Shown piece by piece: positions 61,820-64,000 of a stretch of 64,000 nucleotides of DNA (positions within the stretch are counted from its first letter, which is position 1; each line of letters begins with the position of its first letter). This DNA is from Mobula hypostoma (Eukaryota): assembly GCF_963921235.1 (NCBI RefSeq), contig NC_086097.1, forward strand, positions 87,050,001 through 87,114,000. Direction: 5' to 3'. The notes under the pieces were generated by a model, which worked only from the letters and a program-made list of their open reading frames with translations, searched no databases and was not told where the DNA came from. The translations under genes were made by a program, and so were the position numbers.

Positions 61820-64000
61820 ACTACAAGGGTACTTTTAACCTCCTTAACTGCTTCTCTAAAGAGAACTGAACTGAGACTAGCCAGTATCTCAGACACTGCT
61901 GCCGGACTTATGGAGACCTCATCAAGGACTAACCTTGGTTTGCGATGTGGGTTAGGGTGCTGTCCAGCATTTACTCATTTACTCTGGCGGGGTGCTGCTA
62001 CAAGAGGGCTACCAACCTCTGCCCCTGCATTAGCCGTTAATGGCTCCCCCGTCTCAGTTCCAGAAGCTGTCATATTTTCGGAAGATATGCTGTCTAAGCT
62101 AGGGTCAAGACTCTGTACACTCTGTTCTGACATGTCTTCTACCACTATCACACCATTCTCTGAATCCTCAGAATCTGATTCATGTCCCAGAGGTGAGCTT
62201 GCCTGAGTTACCGGAGTTTGCAGTCTCCTTCGGGTAGCTGGAGTGGGATGGTTCTCACAGGGCCTGATGTCTACCCTGTTCACCCTCTTGCTAGGCCCAC
62301 CCTCCAAAGGTTCCACCGTGTAGGTGTTGCCCAGTACCTCTACCACCCTGTAGACCATTGAGTTCCAAGCATCCTGGATCTTATTACGGCCTAATGGTCT
62401 GTTCCTCAAGTAAACCAGCGCATCCACATCAACTTTGGGACAGTACACTTTGTCCTCCTGCCAGGCAATGCGTTCTGCCGCCTTCTGTTCAGAGTATTCT
62501 TTTGCTCTGGCATGCGCATCCCTCAGTCGGCTCTGGTGTACAGCTAGCCAGTCATGTTTCCGGTCCACCGTCTATTCTTGCCCCAGCAGAGCATCCACGG
62601 GCAAGTGGGGATCCACCCCAAACAACAGACAGTAAGGCGAATACCGGGTGGTTGCGTGAGGTTTCGCATTATATGCAAACACCAACTCGGGTAGATGTTC
62701 TGGCCATCTGTGCTTCTTTTCTGGAGGCAACGCACGCAACAATTCATGCATCGTCCTGTTGAAATGCTCGCACTGCGCCTTGCCAGTAGGATGATGAGGT
62801 GTGGTACGGCTCTTCTTTACCCCATATAGTTTGCAAAGATCCGCTATGATTTCACTTTCGAAGTTATGGCCCTGGTCAGAATGCAATCTCTCAGGGACAC
62901 CGTACTTCATGAACCATTCCCTCAAGAGCACCCTTGCTGTGGTATCCACCTTTTGATCCCGAGTTGGAAATGCTTGGGTGAATTTACTGAAAACGTCCGT
63001 GACCACTAAGACATTCTCATGCCCATCAGTTGCCAGCTCCAACACAGTGAAGTCTACCGCTACAAGCTCAAGTGGCCTAGAAGCCAGAAATAATGACCAT
63101 GGGGGGGGGGGGGGGCGCGGATCCTAGGCTGCGGCATCTTAGTTATTACACAAGTGGACAATTTTTGACCCACCATGCCACATCCTTGTGTATGCCCACC
63201 CGAAAACATCGGCTTCTCAACAACTGCAGAGTACGTTCTATGCCTTGATGGCCCATAGAATCATGTACATACTTTAACACTTTGCTCCTCATGCTGTTAG
63301 ATATCAGAAGCTGGTAACACTCCCTAAGCTTCTCATCCTCAACTACCCTATACAGTAACCCTTTACGCTCCCTGATTCTGTCCCAGTGCCTTAACAGAGA
63401 CAAAACAGGTTTAGGCAGAGTTTTACGCTCCTGGCCACTCAGCTTCCTTTTCTGATCCCATAAGTCTCTTTGGACACCTAACACAGGGTCTTGCTGCTGA
63501 AAATTACGCAAGTCCCCATTAGAATAACCTGCGAGGGTTGGAGTGTTCCCTTGCATCGGACCACTTACATCACTAGTACCAGCTTCCCAGGCTCAAATTT
63601 GCTTAACCCTGCAGCTGTTAAGACCAGCGGTAACCAGTGCCAGGTCAAGGGCAGTGCCGCGATTGATCAAACTACCGATCGCCACAGCCCCACCAAACTC
63701 CACATCCTCTGAGACAGGCTCAGGCTCCCCCGCAAATGGCTGCCTAGAGAGTGCATCAGCCATGGTATTGCTCCGACCCGGACGATACTGGACATCGAAG
63801 TCAAACTCTGCTTAGACAAGTTGACTACACTGGCTGATAATGTTCATGCCTACAATACATGGGATAGGTGGTTCAGTGCTAACAGGATCCCTGACTACTA
63901 GAAAGCCACAGTTTGGTATCTTCATGCCCATTGCTTGAACCTCTAGCTCTAGATACCCAAGGTAAGGAATATCAAGACCATCTGCAACTGCTAGCCTAAG
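61820..64000 (-). pseudogene. Gypsy pol remnant: protease C-terminus, RNase H end and integrase (HHCC, DDE, GPY/F-like)
   Basis: GLDIPYLGY..CIVGMNI; YRPGRSNTMADALSR; HDSMGHQG..C; VDFT..TDVFSKF..HSDQG..QCEHFNRT; RNKIQDAW. Contains stops and frameshifts, including a poly-G run at about 63101-63115. Confidence 0.92.

Noticed and set aside
61821..61825. TGTAG as the start of the Gypsy 3' LTR
   Set aside because: It coincides with the pol stop codon and lacks an upstream purine tract; 61778 fits better.
61566..61869. Possible extra or env-like ORF downstream of the Gypsy integrase
   Set aside because: It is short, lies within the putative 3' LTR, and has no signal peptide or fusion-protein features.

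Overview
This is a 64-kb window of eukaryotic (vertebrate) genomic DNA that is intergenic or intronic and dominated by transposable elements. The repeat repertoire suggests a cartilaginous fish such as a ray or shark (inference). I could not support any host protein-coding gene, tRNA, rRNA or CRISPR array. Most ORFs in the supplied track are spurious or are TE fragments. Main contents: (1) many CR1-clade LINE copies and Rex1/Babar-type LINE fragments, heavily nested. (2) One full-length but inactivated L1-clade LINE (28439-34262, minus strand) with a 14-bp TSD, inserted in an old Deu-domain-type SINE. (3) Many Penelope-like element (PLE) remnants whose terminal repeat contains a minimal type I hammerhead ribozyme motif. 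One of them is an internally deleted PLE with two tandem hammerheads 608 nt apart, a retrozyme-like arrangement and the most interesting object here. (4) Two solo LTRs with clean TSDs, a Gypsy gag/PBS/LTR remnant, and a Gypsy element whose RT was removed by an in-frame deletion. (5) A Tigger/pogo deletion derivative carrying a long internal hairpin, plus Tc1-like ends and SINEs. Coordinates of degenerate repeats are approximate and were read by eye.
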